From Vulcanimicrobiales bacterium (GTDB taxonomy: Bacteria; Vulcanimicrobiota; Vulcanimicrobiia; Vulcanimicrobiales; Vulcanimicrobiaceae), in contig JBBRLI010000016.1 of assembly GCA_038231455.1 (NCBI GenBank), forward strand, positions 1-64,000: 64,000 nt of DNA, written 5' to 3'. Shown piece after piece: positions 37,650-47,837 of this stretch. How positions within the stretch are numbered: the first letter of the stretch is position 1; the number at the start of each line of letters is the position of its first letter. Both the position numbers and the translations under genes were made by a program. Under the pieces are notes generated by a model. It saw only the letters and a program-made list of their open reading frames with translations, had not been told where the DNA came from and did no database searches.

Positions 37650-38597
37650 ATGCCCAACCTTCGTGCGCCCGCCATGACGATCGATGCTCGCGCATTACCC
37701 GCACTCAATCGCAGTTCGCATATTTTCGAGGCGTTCGACAAGCTCGGCGTCGGCGGAATTCTCGAACTGACCGAAGAGACCGACCCGCGCGCTTTGCGCA
37801 ACGAGTTTGGCCAGTCGCGCCCGGGGAAATTCTCGTGGGACGCGCGCAACCTCGGGAACGGCCGCTGGACGATCCGCCTCGAGCGCATCGACGAGCGGGC
37901 AGATACGAACACGTTTCTCTCGCACGCGCCGCCCTTCGCGAGCGCGAAAGCAGCGACGATCGCGGAACTTGCGGGCCTCGCGACCGAACGATCCTATCGC
38001 TCGGGCGATACGATCTTTGATGAAGGTGAGCAGTGGCCGTATCTTGCGTTCGTGCGCAGCGGCAAAGTCGTGTACACCTTGCTCTCGCCCGACGGCAAAA
38101 CACATTCGCTCGGCGAACGCCTCACCCACGATCCGCTCAACGAATCCGGGACGTTCGACGGCGGCGGTGCAACCACGCGCGCAGAAGCCCTCACCGATTG
38201 CGTCCTCGTCCTCGTGCCTTCGGAAGCCGTCGTCCATGCGGTACGCAACGATGCGGAGTTGGGCCTGGGGTTTCTCGCCGCGGCATCGCAGGCGCGCCGC
38301 CGCTCGATCGACACGATCGCCGATCTTGCGTTCGCGCACGTCTTGCAACGCGTCGCGAAGTTTTTGATCTCCTACGCGCCGGCAACGACGGGCATGGCGC
38401 CGGGATTACCGGGCGTTGAGAATCTCTCGCAAGCGCAAATCGCCGCCGCCGCCGGCACCGTTCGCGACATGGCTGCGCGTGCGTTGCTCCGTCTGAAGAA
38501 CGCAACTGCGGTCGAACTCGATCGTGGTCGCGTACGTGCGCTCGACCGCGCCCGACTCGAAGCCTTCGCCCATGGCGTGCAGGCGCCGCCCGTCTAA
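37650..38597 (+). CDS. DUF2249 plus Crp/Fnr-family regulator
   Basis: IDARALP...IFEAFDKL...DPRAL, then a cNMP-binding domain and HTH LSQAQIAAAAGTVRD. Confidence 0.85.
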   Translation: MPNLRAPAMTIDARALPALNRSSHIFEAFDKLGVGGILELTEETDPRALRNEFGQSRPGKFSWDARNLGNGRWTIRLERIDERADTNTFLSHAPPFASAKAATIAELAGLATERSYRSGDTIFDEGEQWPYLAFVRSGKVVYTLLSPDGKTHSLGERLTHDPLNESGTFDGGGATTRAEALTDCVLVLVPSEAVVHAVRNDAELGLGFLAAASQARRRSIDTIADLAFAHVLQRVAKFLISYAPATTGMAPGLPGVENLSQAQIAAAAGTVRDMAARALLRLKNATAVELDRGRVRALDRARLEAFAHGVQAPPV

Positions 38598-38598
38598 T

Positions 38599-39471
38599 TT
38601 ACCCGTTCGCCGCGGCGAAATGATCGGCGGGCGTTGGTTTTTCGACGGCCCGCCACGCGCGCATGTTGGCGAAGCCGCGTAGTGCCCCAAGCACGATGAC
38701 GATCGTGCCGCCCGCAACCGCATAGCCGAGCGGCGTTGCGCCGATAACGAGACTAGCGCACGCCAATATTACCAGCAGTAAGCCGGCAGCCGCAAGCGAG
38801 GTCTGCAAGGCGGAAATGCTCAATGCGCGCTTATTGATGACGCGTCCGGCGACGATCGCGGCAACGACGTCGGCGTGCATGAGCGTAAGCGGTACGAACG
38901 AGAGAAAGACGAGCGCCCACCACGGATACGGAAGCGCCGCGAATGCGATGAGGACGAACGTCGTCGCGGTTGCGAGCAGAAATTTCGGCCGCTTCGATGC
39001 GTTTGAATCGAGCGCGCGCGCGAGCAAATCGGCGGTCATCAATGCAGCGATCACGTTGACCACGGGCACGATCAAAAGCGCCGTAAAGAGCGCCGCGTGA
39101 TTGGAACGGCCGAGGCGCACTTCGGCAAACCGGCGCGCGTGATAGAACCACACGATCGTATAGAGTCCGAACGTGGCAAGCGTTAGTAGCGCGATCGTGA
39201 ACGGGCGCCGCACGAGTTTCGCCTCCGAACCCGTGAACGTCGCGATCCCGTTGTCGACGCGCAGCGGCGCCGCCCAATCGATGAAAAATCCCGGGCCGAG
39301 GGGCCGGTCGCTCTCCACGTCGATAATGTTCAGGTCGTGCCCATGCGGCGCCTCAAACGCGTCGCGCGGGCCGAGCGTGGCGAGCGCGGCCTCACGTTCG
39401 AGCTTGGTCCCACATGCGCGGCAAAAAACGGAGTCGGCGAGGGCCGGGGTGCCGCACTGATCGCAATACAC
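38599..39471 (-). CDS. zinc-ribbon plus DUF4234-like membrane protein
   Basis: MYCDQCG...FCRACG and LLTLATFGLYTIVWFY. Confidence 0.75.
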   Translation of the reverse strand: MYCDQCGTPALADSVFCRACGTKLEREAALATLGPRDAFEAPHGHDLNIIDVESDRPLGPGFFIDWAAPLRVDNGIATFTGSEAKLVRRPFTIALLTLATFGLYTIVWFYHARRFAEVRLGRSNHAALFTALLIVPVVNVIAALMTADLLARALDSNASKRPKFLLATATTFVLIAFAALPYPWWALVFLSFVPLTLMHADVVAAIVAGRVINKRALSISALQTSLAAAGLLLVILACASLVIGATPLGYAVAGGTIVIVLGALRGFANMRAWRAVEKPTPADHFAAANG

Positions 39472-39510
39472 GCCTCCCGCTTACCCGGTTGAGCGCGCGT
39501 CTATGCTTTC

Positions 39511-40461
39511 TTACCCCGGCAATGCCTTCAGCGCATCGGCGAACGTGTCGACCGGTACGACACGGACGTCTTTTTCGTCTTTGATCTCGGCATAGTTTTC
39601 GCGCGGGACGAGAAAGACGCTCGCTCCCGCGCGTTTTGCAGCGATCAATTTTTGGCGCGTGCCGTCGATTGGACCGACGGTTCCATCGAAGGCGATCGTT
39701 CCCGTACCGGCGATCTTCCGCTCGGGGCTCGGCGCGGCCGGATGGAGCGCGCGATAGATTTCGAGGGCGAACATGAGACCTCCCGATGGGCCGCCGATCT
39801 CGCCGATTCCGTAGGTTACCGGAATCGCCAGCGTCGCCGGTCGCGGCACCATCTGCGTACGGATCCCTAGGCGCGGTTGGCCTTCGAACGCGACGACCGG
39901 GATGAACGCTTCGCGGCTCTGGGCAAGGCGGTCGTAATCGACGCGCAACTCGTCCCCCACCTTGTGCGCGCCGACGCGCGTGCGGAGTTCGGCGCTCGTT
40001 CGAATCGGCGTTCCGTCGATCGCCGTGATGACGTCGCCGGACTTCAAAACGCCGATTGCGCGCGACGCCGGATCGACCGAAAGTACGGTCGTGCGCTCGG
40101 CGGGAATCGGCACCCGATAGCCCGCCGCACGTTCGGCGACGACGGCCGCTGCTTCTTGGCTCGTTTCCATTTGAATGGTCGAGACGGTGTCGAGGTCGCG
40201 CGCGCCCGAAGGGGCGATCGCGGCTACCTTTTGCAGTTTCACGCCCGGCAAGAGCAAGAGCGCAAGACGAATCGGCGAGGCACGCTGCAGCGTGACGTCG
40301 GTGAGGTAAAAACGGTCCGTCGGCGGGTGGTGGTGCGCGACGGATACCGTGTGTGTGAGGTCGACGGCGGTGCCGGGAGCGACAAGATAGTACGGAAGCG
40401 GGATCGCGCCGAGAACGACGATAACCGCCGCCACGACGAACCAGCGCGTCAGTGGGCTCAC
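39511..40461 (-). CDS. YlbL-like PDZ/Lon-C (S16) protease
   Basis: N-terminal TM, PDZ, IGGPSGGLMFAL and IAGTGTI...QKLIAA. Confidence 0.9.
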   Translation of the reverse strand: MSPLTRWFVVAAVIVVLGAIPLPYYLVAPGTAVDLTHTVSVAHHHPPTDRFYLTDVTLQRASPIRLALLLLPGVKLQKVAAIAPSGARDLDTVSTIQMETSQEAAAVVAERAAGYRVPIPAERTTVLSVDPASRAIGVLKSGDVITAIDGTPIRTSAELRTRVGAHKVGDELRVDYDRLAQSREAFIPVVAFEGQPRLGIRTQMVPRPATLAIPVTYGIGEIGGPSGGLMFALEIYRALHPAAPSPERKIAGTGTIAFDGTVGPIDGTRQKLIAAKRAGASVFLVPRENYAEIKDEKDVRVVPVDTFADALKALPG

Positions 40462-41045
40462 TTCGCGGGGACGGTCACCGATTCGAGTTCGGCAGTTTCG
40501 CGGAGTGCTGCGCTCTCGTCTTGCGCGTCGAATGCAACGCGTTTGGCGCGCGCCGCTGCATCGGCGAGCGGTTGGGCGATCGGGGTCTGCGCGATCTGCG
40601 CCGTGCGCGATCCGGCAAGTGCCTCGATGCCCTTCTTCACCGAACCCAGCGCCGTCGCGAGACGTGCGTCGAGATCGCTCAAGACTTGGGCTGCGTAGGC
40701 ATCTGCGCCGTGGCGCACTTTCTGCGCCCGCTCTTCGGCTTCGCGCATGATGATGTCCGCCGTGAGGCGCGCTTGACGCACGATCTCTTGCTGGTCGATC
40801 AGCTGCGCGTGTGCGTCGCTTGCTTCGCTGACGATCGCCTGCGCTTTTTCTTGTGCTTCGCGCAGTACGCGATCTTTATTGTTTGAAATGATTTTCGCGC
40901 GGCCCACTTCCTCGGGCAGCGTCGACCGCATCTTCTCGATGAACTCCATCAGCCGTTCTTCGGAGAGCACGCGATATTTGAGCGGGAGAACGGTCCCCTC
41001 TTTGACGTACGCTTCGAGTTTGTCGATCACGCGATAGATGGACAT
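40458..41045 (-). CDS. conserved coiled-coil protein commonly next to coaD (SepIVA/DivIVA-like)
   Basis: LPEEV...A...AQAIV...GADAYA...L pattern and its position. Confidence 0.7.
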   Translation of the reverse strand: MSIYRVIDKLEAYVKEGTVLPLKYRVLSEERLMEFIEKMRSTLPEEVGRAKIISNNKDRVLREAQEKAQAIVSEASDAHAQLIDQQEIVRQARLTADIIMREAEERAQKVRHGADAYAAQVLSDLDARLATALGSVKKGIEALAGSRTAQIAQTPIAQPLADAAARAKRVAFDAQDESAALRETAELESVTVPAK

Positions 41046-41068
41046 ACGAGTACCTCCAGTGGTTTGGG

Positions 41069-41584
41069 CTAGGGACGTAGGATCGCGCGTTTTTCGCGCA
41101 TGAAACGCATGACGGCTCGCGGGACGTACGAATCGATGTCACCGCCGAGTAAGTACACTTCTTTGAGCATGCTCGAGCTGACGAACAAGAAGCGCGGGTC
41201 AGACATCAGGAACATCGTATCGACGCTCGAGAGCGAACGGTTCATGAGCGCCGTCGAAAGCTCGGTCTCAAAATCCGAGACGACGCGCAGACCCTTGACG
41301 ATGACGTTGGCGTCTTTGCTCTTCACGTATTCGGCAAGCAGTCCGCGAAAATCTTCGACATCGACGTGCGGTAGGTGCGCGACGATCTCGGCGAGCATCG
41401 CTTTGCGTTCGGCAAGCGTGAACATCGGCTCGCGTTTTTGCGGGTTGACGACGACGGCGACCGTGAGCCGATCGAAGACGGCGGCGGCGCGTTCGATGAC
41501 ATCGAGATGGCCCATCGTCGGCGGATCGAACGAGCCGGGATAAATCGCGTGGACGCCGCTGCGCCCCGCGCCGTTAGCGCTCAT
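41069..41584 (-). CDS. coaD: phosphopantetheine adenylyltransferase
   Basis: YPGSFDPPTMGH, GLRVVSDFE and VSSS. Confidence 0.96.
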   Translation of the reverse strand: MSANGAGRSGVHAIYPGSFDPPTMGHLDVIERAAAVFDRLTVAVVVNPQKREPMFTLAERKAMLAEIVAHLPHVDVEDFRGLLAEYVKSKDANVIVKGLRVVSDFETELSTALMNRSLSSVDTMFLMSDPRFLFVSSSMLKEVYLLGGDIDSYVPRAVMRFMREKRAILRP

Positions 41585-42138
41585 GCGGCCGCCCGCGCGC
41601 GCATAAACGCAAGAGCGACCGCACCGTAGCGCTCGGTGCGCACGACCTCGAACTGCGGATCGACCGGTGCGGCGACGCTCGCCGAATGTTCGTAGATCAC
41701 GAGCGACTCTTGGTCGATCGTGCCGCGCGTGCGAAGCGCGGAGAACGCCGCTTGCGGATAGGGATCGGCGTACGGCGGATCGGCGAAGACGATGTCGTAG
41801 CGACCGGCAAGTCGCGCGACGGCACGTTCGAGCGGCGCGATGACGACGCTTGCACGGTCGCTCACGCCAAGATCGCTTGCGGTTCGTTGAATGGCCTGGG
41901 CCGTCGCCGCATGCGCTTCGACGAAGGTCACTTCGCGCGCGCCGCGCGAGAGCGACTCGAATCCGAGCGCTCCGGTGCCCGCATAGGCATCGAGCACGCG
42001 CGCATCATCGACATGCATTCCGAGGATCGAGAAGAGCGCTTCTTTGACCCGCGCTGGGGTCGGTCGAACGGCCCGTCCCCGCGGAGTGGGGACGCGGCGA
42101 CTACGTAACGTGCCGCCGGTCAATTTGAGACTCGCCAT
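41581..42138 (-). CDS. rsmD: 16S rRNA m2G966 methyltransferase
   Basis: RPTPARVKEALF, AGTGALGFESLSRGA and DPPY. Confidence 0.95.
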   Translation of the reverse strand: MASLKLTGGTLRSRRVPTPRGRAVRPTPARVKEALFSILGMHVDDARVLDAYAGTGALGFESLSRGAREVTFVEAHAATAQAIQRTASDLGVSDRASVVIAPLERAVARLAGRYDIVFADPPYADPYPQAAFSALRTRGTIDQESLVIYEHSASVAAPVDPQFEVVRTERYGAVALAFMRARAAA

Positions 42139-42143
42139 TCGAT

Positions 42144-42848
42144 CTAGCGTAAATTCTCCGCGGCGGTCCCGCTCCCTGGAATGTGTTCGAGAAGTTCGGT
42201 CAGGCGTTCGATCCGCACCTCGGGCGGCGGCACCCCCGGAGGCCACGTGTATCCTTCCCAGTCGAACCACACGCCGTGCATACCGGCATCGCACGCGCCG
42301 ACGACATCGACGAGCGGCGTGTCGCCCACATACCAGCACTCCGCAATCGGCGTTGCGAGCTTTTCCGCCAGCAATTCGAACGCCGCCGCATTTGGTTTCT
42401 CGCAGCCGATCGCATTGCTTACGAGTATGCGGCCGGTGTACCCAATTTTGGCAAGTTTGTGTTCTTGCAGCGGGCTCCAGCCGTTGGTCAAGACGGCGAC
42501 CGGAATCCCGCGCTCGTTCAAGGCTGCGAGCAGATCGAGGGCACCGGGCAGCGGTTGCACGAGGTCGGGGACGAGCTTCAGAGCGTGGAAACGAAAACAC
42601 GCCAGCACGTCATCCGGATGACCTGCCTTGATGTGCCCGCCGCGCAGCGCGATGAAGTCGACGAGTTTTTGAACGAAGCCGATCTCGTCGCCCGCGCGAA
42701 ACGCCCGCAGCCAGGCCTCGATGCGATCGTTCACCTCATCCGGGTCGACCAGGACGCCCGACTCGGCGAGAACCGCCATCACGGCTTTGCGTTCGAGTCC
42801 GTTGTCGATGCCAAGGGTGTGATCGAAATCGAATCCGACGGCGATCAC
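42144..42848 (-). CDS. HAD-family hydrolase
   Basis: FDFDHTL, LTNG, EKP and VGDTPLVDV. Confidence 0.9.
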   Translation of the reverse strand: MIAVGFDFDHTLGIDNGLERKAVMAVLAESGVLVDPDEVNDRIEAWLRAFRAGDEIGFVQKLVDFIALRGGHIKAGHPDDVLACFRFHALKLVPDLVQPLPGALDLLAALNERGIPVAVLTNGWSPLQEHKLAKIGYTGRILVSNAIGCEKPNAAAFELLAEKLATPIAECWYVGDTPLVDVVGACDAGMHGVWFDWEGYTWPPGVPPPEVRIERLTELLEHIPGSGTAAENLR

Positions 42849-44875
42849 GAGGTCACCAGAATCGCGCGCGCGGTTGCGACGGAGTCGACGAGTTCGAGCA
42901 GACGACGATTCTCGTCATCTTGCAGTTCGGGGTCGCGACTGAGGATCGCATCGGCCTCCGCTTTCGCTTTCATGTAAAGTTCGAAATCTTGGACGATATT
43001 ACCGACCGTGCTCCCCGCAACGCCCGCCTGCGCGGTCCCGGCGAATTCGCCTTCGCGACGGAGGCGCAAATCTTCTTCGGCAATTTTGAAGCCATCGGTC
43101 GTCTCGGAGAGGATGGTCAAGCGCTCGACTTCACCCGCATCGTCCGGGGCGATCAACATGCAGAACGAGCGCTCGACGCCGCGGCCGACGCGGCCACGTA
43201 ACTGGTGTAGTTGCGCGAGGCCGTAGCGGTTGGCATCGAGGATCACCATAACCGAGGCATTCGGAACGTCGACGCCGACTTCAACGACGGTCGTCGCAAC
43301 GAGTACGTCCACATCGCCTGCGGCAAATGCGCCCATGACGCGGTCTTTCTCACGCGTCGGCATCTTGCCATGAAGCACTTCCACGCGCAAGTCCGGGAAG
43401 ACACGCGCACGGATGTGTTCGGCTTCCGCAAGCGCTGAGGTGAGCGCGGATTCACTTTCTTCGATCGCCGGCGCGACGACATATGCCTGCCGTCCGAGTT
43501 CGATGTTCTTGCGCACGAATGCGTACGCTTGCGCCTTGCGGCTCTCGCGCAAAACATAGGTTTCGATCGGCGTGCGCCCCGGAGGCAATTCATCGATGAT
43601 CGAGAGATCGAGATCCGCGTATTTCGTCTGCGCGAGCGTGCGCGGGATCGGCGTTGCGGTCATGTAGAGCGTATGCGGAGCTTCACTCTTGCCGCGCAGA
43701 CGCGCGCGCTGCGCGACGCCGAATTTATGTTGCTCGTCGATGATCGCAAGGCCCATTTTTTTGAACGTCACGGATTCCGTTAGCAGAGCGTGCGTTCCGA
43801 CGGCGAGCATCGCTTCGCCGCTTGCGATCCGATCTTGCGCACGCCGCCGCTCGCGAGCCCCCATGCTGCCGAACACCGCCTCAACCGCGATGCCGAAGGG
43901 AAGTAAGAGCGGCGCAAGTTTCTTCGCGTGTTGCGAGGCCAAAATTTCGGTTGGCGCCATGAGCGCGGTTTGCACGCCGTGACGCGCCGCAAGCACCACA
44001 GCGGCCGCCGCTACGAGCGTCTTGCCGCTGCCGACGTCGCCTTGCAAGAGCCGATTCATCGGCGCGGTGCGCGCCATTTCGGCCCATATTTGTTCGATCA
44101 CGCGCTTCTGCGCGCCGGTCGGCGCGAACGGCAGTTCGGCAATCAAGGTCTTCCACAAATCGGGCGGCGCGGCAAGCGCAACGGCGCCGCCCGCAGCCGC
44201 GCGGCGAGCGCGTTTGATGGCTGCGGCAAGCGCGATGCCGAAGAATTCTTCGAACACGATCCGGCGTCGGCCGCGCGCAACGCTCTCCGGTTCGCGCGGC
44301 GCATGAACGGAACGCCAGGCCTGAGCGAGCGGTGGAAAATCGAACCGCTCGACGATGCCGTGGGGGAGCAAGTCGCGGCGGCGTTCGATGAGCGCGTCGA
44401 GATTTTTTGTCACGATCGTGCGGATTTGCCGCGACGGCAGGTCTTTGGTTGCGCCGTACACCGGCACGATCTCGCCGATATAGGGCTCGCCGTCGCGAAG
44501 CAGCTTGTGTGTCATCACATTGAGCGATGTCAAGAGCCCTTTGCGCGCTACGCGGCCCGTTGCAAAGACGCGTTCACCACCGGAGAGTTTGCCGAAGAGG
44601 TGGCGCCTGCCAAACCAATTCGCCGTGATCGAACCGGATTCGTCGACGAGTTCCGCCGAGACGAGCGGAAATTTACCTTGCCGTTCGCGCACACGTGCGA
44701 GCGTGCCGACGACGACGGCATCGCCCTCATCGAGCGCGTGCAAACTTGCAATCGGCATCGGCGTGCGCCAGTCTTTATACGCGCGGGGGATGTAGCTGAG
44801 CAGGTCGTCGGGCGTGCGCAAATCGAGCTCCGCGAATTTTTTCGCAAGCTCGGGACCGACGCCCGCAAGCGACGT
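42845..44875 (-). CDS. recG: ATP-dependent DNA helicase RecG (start possibly ACG 44875; first canonical start TTG 44821)
   Basis: LLQGDVGSGKT, IIDEQHKFG, TATPIPRT and QLRGRVGRG. The conserved SLAGVGP N-terminus lies upstream of the TTG. Confidence 0.95.
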   Translation of the reverse strand, partial: TSLAGVGPELAKKFAELDLRTPDDLLSYIPRAYKDWRTPMPIASLHALDEGDAVVVGTLARVRERQGKFPLVSAELVDESGSITANWFGRRHLFGKLSGGERVFATGRVARKGLLTSLNVMTHKLLRDGEPYIGEIVPVYGATKDLPSRQIRTIVTKNLDALIERRRDLLPHGIVERFDFPPLAQAWRSVHAPREPESVARGRRRIVFEEFFGIALAAAIKRARRAAAGGAVALAAPPDLWKTLIAELPFAPTGAQKRVIEQIWAEMARTAPMNRLLQGDVGSGKTLVAAAAVVLAARHGVQTALMAPTEILASQHAKKLAPLLLPFGIAVEAVFGSMGARERRRAQDRIASGEAMLAVGTHALLTESVTFKKMGLAIIDEQHKFGVAQRARLRGKSEAPHTLYMTATPIPRTLAQTKYADLDLSIIDELPPGRTPIETYVLRESRKAQAYAFVRKNIELGRQAYVVAPAIEESESALTSALAEAEHIRARVFPDLRVEVLHGKMPTREKDRVMGAFAAGDVDVLVATTVVEVGVDVPNASVMVILDANRYGLAQLHQLRGRVGRGVERSFCMLIAPDDAGEVERLTILSETTDGFKIAEEDLRLRREGEFAGTAQAGVAGSTVGNIVQDFELYMKAKAEADAILSRDPELQDDENRRLLELVDSVATARAILVTS

Positions 44876-45510
44876 TAACCCGCCGCCGAGGCTCTTCGTG
44901 CTAATTCGGCTCCAACCGTATCGAGCGAGACGCCGCGTGATTCCATCATCACGAGCAGATGGTAGAGCAAATCCGAGGTTTCCCAGACGAGTTCGTTCAC
45001 GTCGTTGTTTTTTGCCGCGATCACCACTTCGGTTGCTTCTTCACCGATCTTCTTGCCGATCCGATCGACCCCGCCCGCCAGCAGTTTTGCCGTGTAACTG
45101 GTCTCGGGATTCGCATCGCGGCGCGCGTGAATGGTCGCCGCAAGACGTTCCATTGCAACCGGGAATCGCGGACCGGCCGCCACGGATTTTGTATCGAGCG
45201 CAACCGGCGTTGAAAAACACGAGCGTGCTCCAGTATGGCATGCGGGACCCATTGCAATTACCCGATAGATCACCGCGTCGTTATCGCAGTCGGTCGCAAT
45301 CGAGACAACACGCTGCGTATGGCCGGAGGTTTCGCCTTTGTTCCAGAGCGCTTTGCGCGAGCGCGAATACAGCCACGTCGACTTCGTTGCACGCGTTTTC
45401 TCGAGTGCTTCGGCGTTCGCATAGGCAAGGGTCAGCACGTCGCCCGAGGCATCGTCGAGAATGATAACCGGCACGAGGCCGTCGGGACCAAACGCGATGG
45501 GTTGATTCAT
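44875..45510 (-). CDS. hisIE: bifunctional PR-AMP cyclohydrolase / PR-ATP pyrophosphatase
   Basis: [25 protein letters not shown] and KKIGEEATE. Confidence 0.96.
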   Translation of the reverse strand: MNQPIAFGPDGLVPVIILDDASGDVLTLAYANAEALEKTRATKSTWLYSRSRKALWNKGETSGHTQRVVSIATDCDNDAVIYRVIAMGPACHTGARSCFSTPVALDTKSVAAGPRFPVAMERLAATIHARRDANPETSYTAKLLAGGVDRIGKKIGEEATEVVIAAKNNDVNELVWETSDLLYHLLVMMESRGVSLDTVGAELARRASAAG

Positions 45511-46280
45511 ACGCTAGTCGTTACGGCGGGACGAATCGCGATTCCGCGTTCACGGAGCGCCTCTTTGAGTGTTTCGATGCGGAGTTCGCCGAAGTGGAAG
45601 AGCGATGCGGCGAGCGCCGCATCGGCGTCGGCGATGACAAACGCGTCGGCAAAATCGGCGATCGTCCCCGCGCCGCCCGAAGCGATGATCGGCAGGTCGA
45701 CGGCCGCGCGAATCGCGCGCAGCATCGGCAGATCGAAGCCCGATTTCGTGCCGTCTCGATCGATGCTCGTCACGAGGAGCTCGCCTGCGCCCAACTGCTC
45801 GACTTCGCGCGCCCACGCCACCGCATCGCGCCCCGTCGGCGTGCGGCCGCCGTCGACGACCACTTCGTAGCCCTCGCCCGCTGCGCGCGCGTCGATTGCG
45901 ACGATGACGCACTGGCTCCCGACGACGTGCGCGGCCGCGCGCACCAAATCCGGATCGCGCACCGCGGCGCTGTTCAAACTCACCTTATCGCAGCCCGCGC
46001 GCAAGAGGTCGCTGATATCGCTCACGCGTCGCACGCCGCCACCGACGGCGAAGGGAATCGTCAGTTCGGCAGCCACCGCTTCGATCACCGCGAGCGTCGC
46101 TTGACGACCTTCGACCGTCGCGGTGATATCCAAGAAAACGAGTTCGTCGGCGCCTTCGGCTTCATACCGTCGCGCGAGTTCGACCGGATCTCCCGCATCG
46201 GTGAGTTCGACGAATTTGACCCCTTTGACGACCCGGCCGTTTTTGATATCGAGACACGGAATGATTCGGCGAGCGAGCAT
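45507..46280 (-). CDS. hisF: imidazole glycerol phosphate synthase cyclase subunit
   Basis: [23 protein letters not shown] and TSIDRDGT. Confidence 0.97.
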   Translation of the reverse strand: MLARRIIPCLDIKNGRVVKGVKFVELTDAGDPVELARRYEAEGADELVFLDITATVEGRQATLAVIEAVAAELTIPFAVGGGVRRVSDISDLLRAGCDKVSLNSAAVRDPDLVRAAAHVVGSQCVIVAIDARAAGEGYEVVVDGGRTPTGRDAVAWAREVEQLGAGELLVTSIDRDGTKSGFDLPMLRAIRAAVDLPIIASGGAGTIADFADAFVIADADAALAASLFHFGELRIETLKEALRERGIAIRPAVTTSV

Positions 46281-46318
46281 CGGGTCGTCTTCGCTAAAGA
46301 CGGTGCGCGCGACTTCCC

Positions 46319-47665
46319 TTAGGCCGGCAGGCGCGTGAGACTCGCCGCGACGGGGGAAAGTTTGATCGCAATAATCGCCAGGTCATCGCCGATCGTCCCG
46401 CCGGAGCGTTTGCGGATCTCCGCGACGAGCGAATCGCAGATCGTCTGCGGATCGTCGCTCGCTCGAGCAAAAAGCGCGCGGATACCGTCTTCGCCGAGCA
46501 AGTCGCCCGACGCATCGCGCGACTCGGTCAGGCCGTCGGTTGCAAGCAAGATCGTTTCGTTCTCCGCCAGGCTCACGGTGTTTGCCGTAAAGAGTTCGTT
46601 TGGCCCAATGCCGACGATCGGACCGGTCACCTCGAGCGACTCGATGCGATCCGCGCGCCGGATGAACGCGGCGCTATGACCGGCGCTCGCGTACCGCATC
46701 GACATCGCGCGCGTATCGAGCAACCCCAAAAACAACACGACGAAGGTGGACGGGTTCGTGATTGTCTCGGCAAAGAGCCGGTTGAAGCGCGTGAGGATCA
46801 CCGCGGGATCGTCGCCGTCCGTGGCAAGCGTCCGTAGTGCGTACTGGACGAACGCACCGTCGACGGCCGCATCGATGCCTTTACCGCTGACGTCGGCGAT
46901 GAGGATGTAGCCGCGATCCGAATCGAGCCGCCACGTATCGAGTAAATCGCCTCCGATGAGCGCCTCGCGCGTTGCGGAGATGTACGTCGTGCCGATTTCC
47001 GTACGATCGAGCGAGCTTGCTTCCGCGCGCAACGCGCGCTGCAGGGTCGTGACAATTGCATGTTCTTTATCGAGCGCAGCGACCGCCGACGCGCGCGAGA
47101 TCGCGAGCATCAGCGCCCAGATCGCAAAGAGCGTGATAAGCCCGGCGCTGATCGCGACCGTCGTATTGATGCGGCGCTTGAGGACGGTTTGAACCCGCTG
47201 ATCTTCGACTTTGAGCCGCGTCCGAAGCGCGGAGACGTCGGCGGTGAAGCGGTCGATCTCGAGTTTACTTTCGGTTAGCCGGCGGCGCGCCGCGAGCGGG
47301 TCGCTTTTCTTGAGCGGCGCGCGGGCGGAGACTTCCCAGCGCTGGTGCGCGATCCGGATGTCCTCGATGAGGTTCGCTGCATCTTCGATCTGGGCGCCGA
47401 TCAGGCCGCGCGAGAGCGCGGTGAGGGCCGCGAAGGTCGGATCGTAGATCGCCGGGTCGGGCTCGTAGGTCGCTACCGGCACGCCCGCGCGCACCGCGGA
47501 TTCCTCATCGAGCTGGGCGCGCAGGAGCGACTCGAGGTCCTCCTGGGCTGCCGTGATGCGAAATTCGGTCGTCGCGGCCGCATCGAGCTGCCGGACAGCC
47601 ACGATCGGCCCGCCGAGAGCGACGGCGAGAAACACGCCGATCAGCAGAAAAATTGGAGGCGACAC
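46319..47665 (-). CDS. membrane sensor (CHASE3-like) PP2C/SpoIIE phosphatase; start uncertain (GTG 47665 in the tRNA, or ATT 47653)
   Basis: Two TM helices around a helical sensor; [22 protein letters not shown] and DDLA. Confidence 0.88.
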   Translation of the reverse strand: MSPPIFLLIGVFLAVALGGPIVAVRQLDAAATTEFRITAAQEDLESLLRAQLDEESAVRAGVPVATYEPDPAIYDPTFAALTALSRGLIGAQIEDAANLIEDIRIAHQRWEVSARAPLKKSDPLAARRRLTESKLEIDRFTADVSALRTRLKVEDQRVQTVLKRRINTTVAISAGLITLFAIWALMLAISRASAVAALDKEHAIVTTLQRALRAEASSLDRTEIGTTYISATREALIGGDLLDTWRLDSDRGYILIADVSGKGIDAAVDGAFVQYALRTLATDGDDPAVILTRFNRLFAETITNPSTFVVLFLGLLDTRAMSMRYASAGHSAAFIRRADRIESLEVTGPIVGIGPNELFTANTVSLAENETILLATDGLTESRDASGDLLGEDGIRALFARASDDPQTICDSLVAEIRKRSGGTIGDDLAIIAIKLSPVAASLTRLPA

Positions 47666-47727
47666 CCAGATTCGAACTGGGGGTGGAGCTTTTGCAGAGC
47701 TCTGCCTTACCACTTGGCTATGTCGCC
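47654..47727 (-). tRNA. tRNA-Cys(GCA)
   Basis: GGCGACATAGCCAAGTGGTAAGGCAGAGCTCTGCAAAAGCTCCACCCCCAGTTCGAATCTGGGTGTCGCCTCCA folds as a cloverleaf with encoded CCA. Confidence 0.97.
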
Positions 47728-47763
47728 GTTCAAGAACGCCGTCGGGTAAGCTCGACGTTCGAT

Positions 47764-47837
47764 TGGAGCGGGTGGCGGGAATCGAACCCGCGCGTCAACC
47801 TTGGGAAGGTCGCAGGCTACCATTACATCACACCCGC
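47764..47837 (-). tRNA. tRNA-Gly(CCC)
   Basis: GCGGGTGTGATGTAATGGTAGCCTGCGACCTTCCCAAGGTTGACGCGCGGGTTCGATTCCCGCCACCCGCTCCA. Confidence 0.96.

Noticed and set aside
37589-37912. ORF-track N-terminal extension of the Trx-SBP gene to 803 aa
   Set aside because: It overlaps the divergent Crp gene; ATG 37588 just before the TM helix is the more plausible start.
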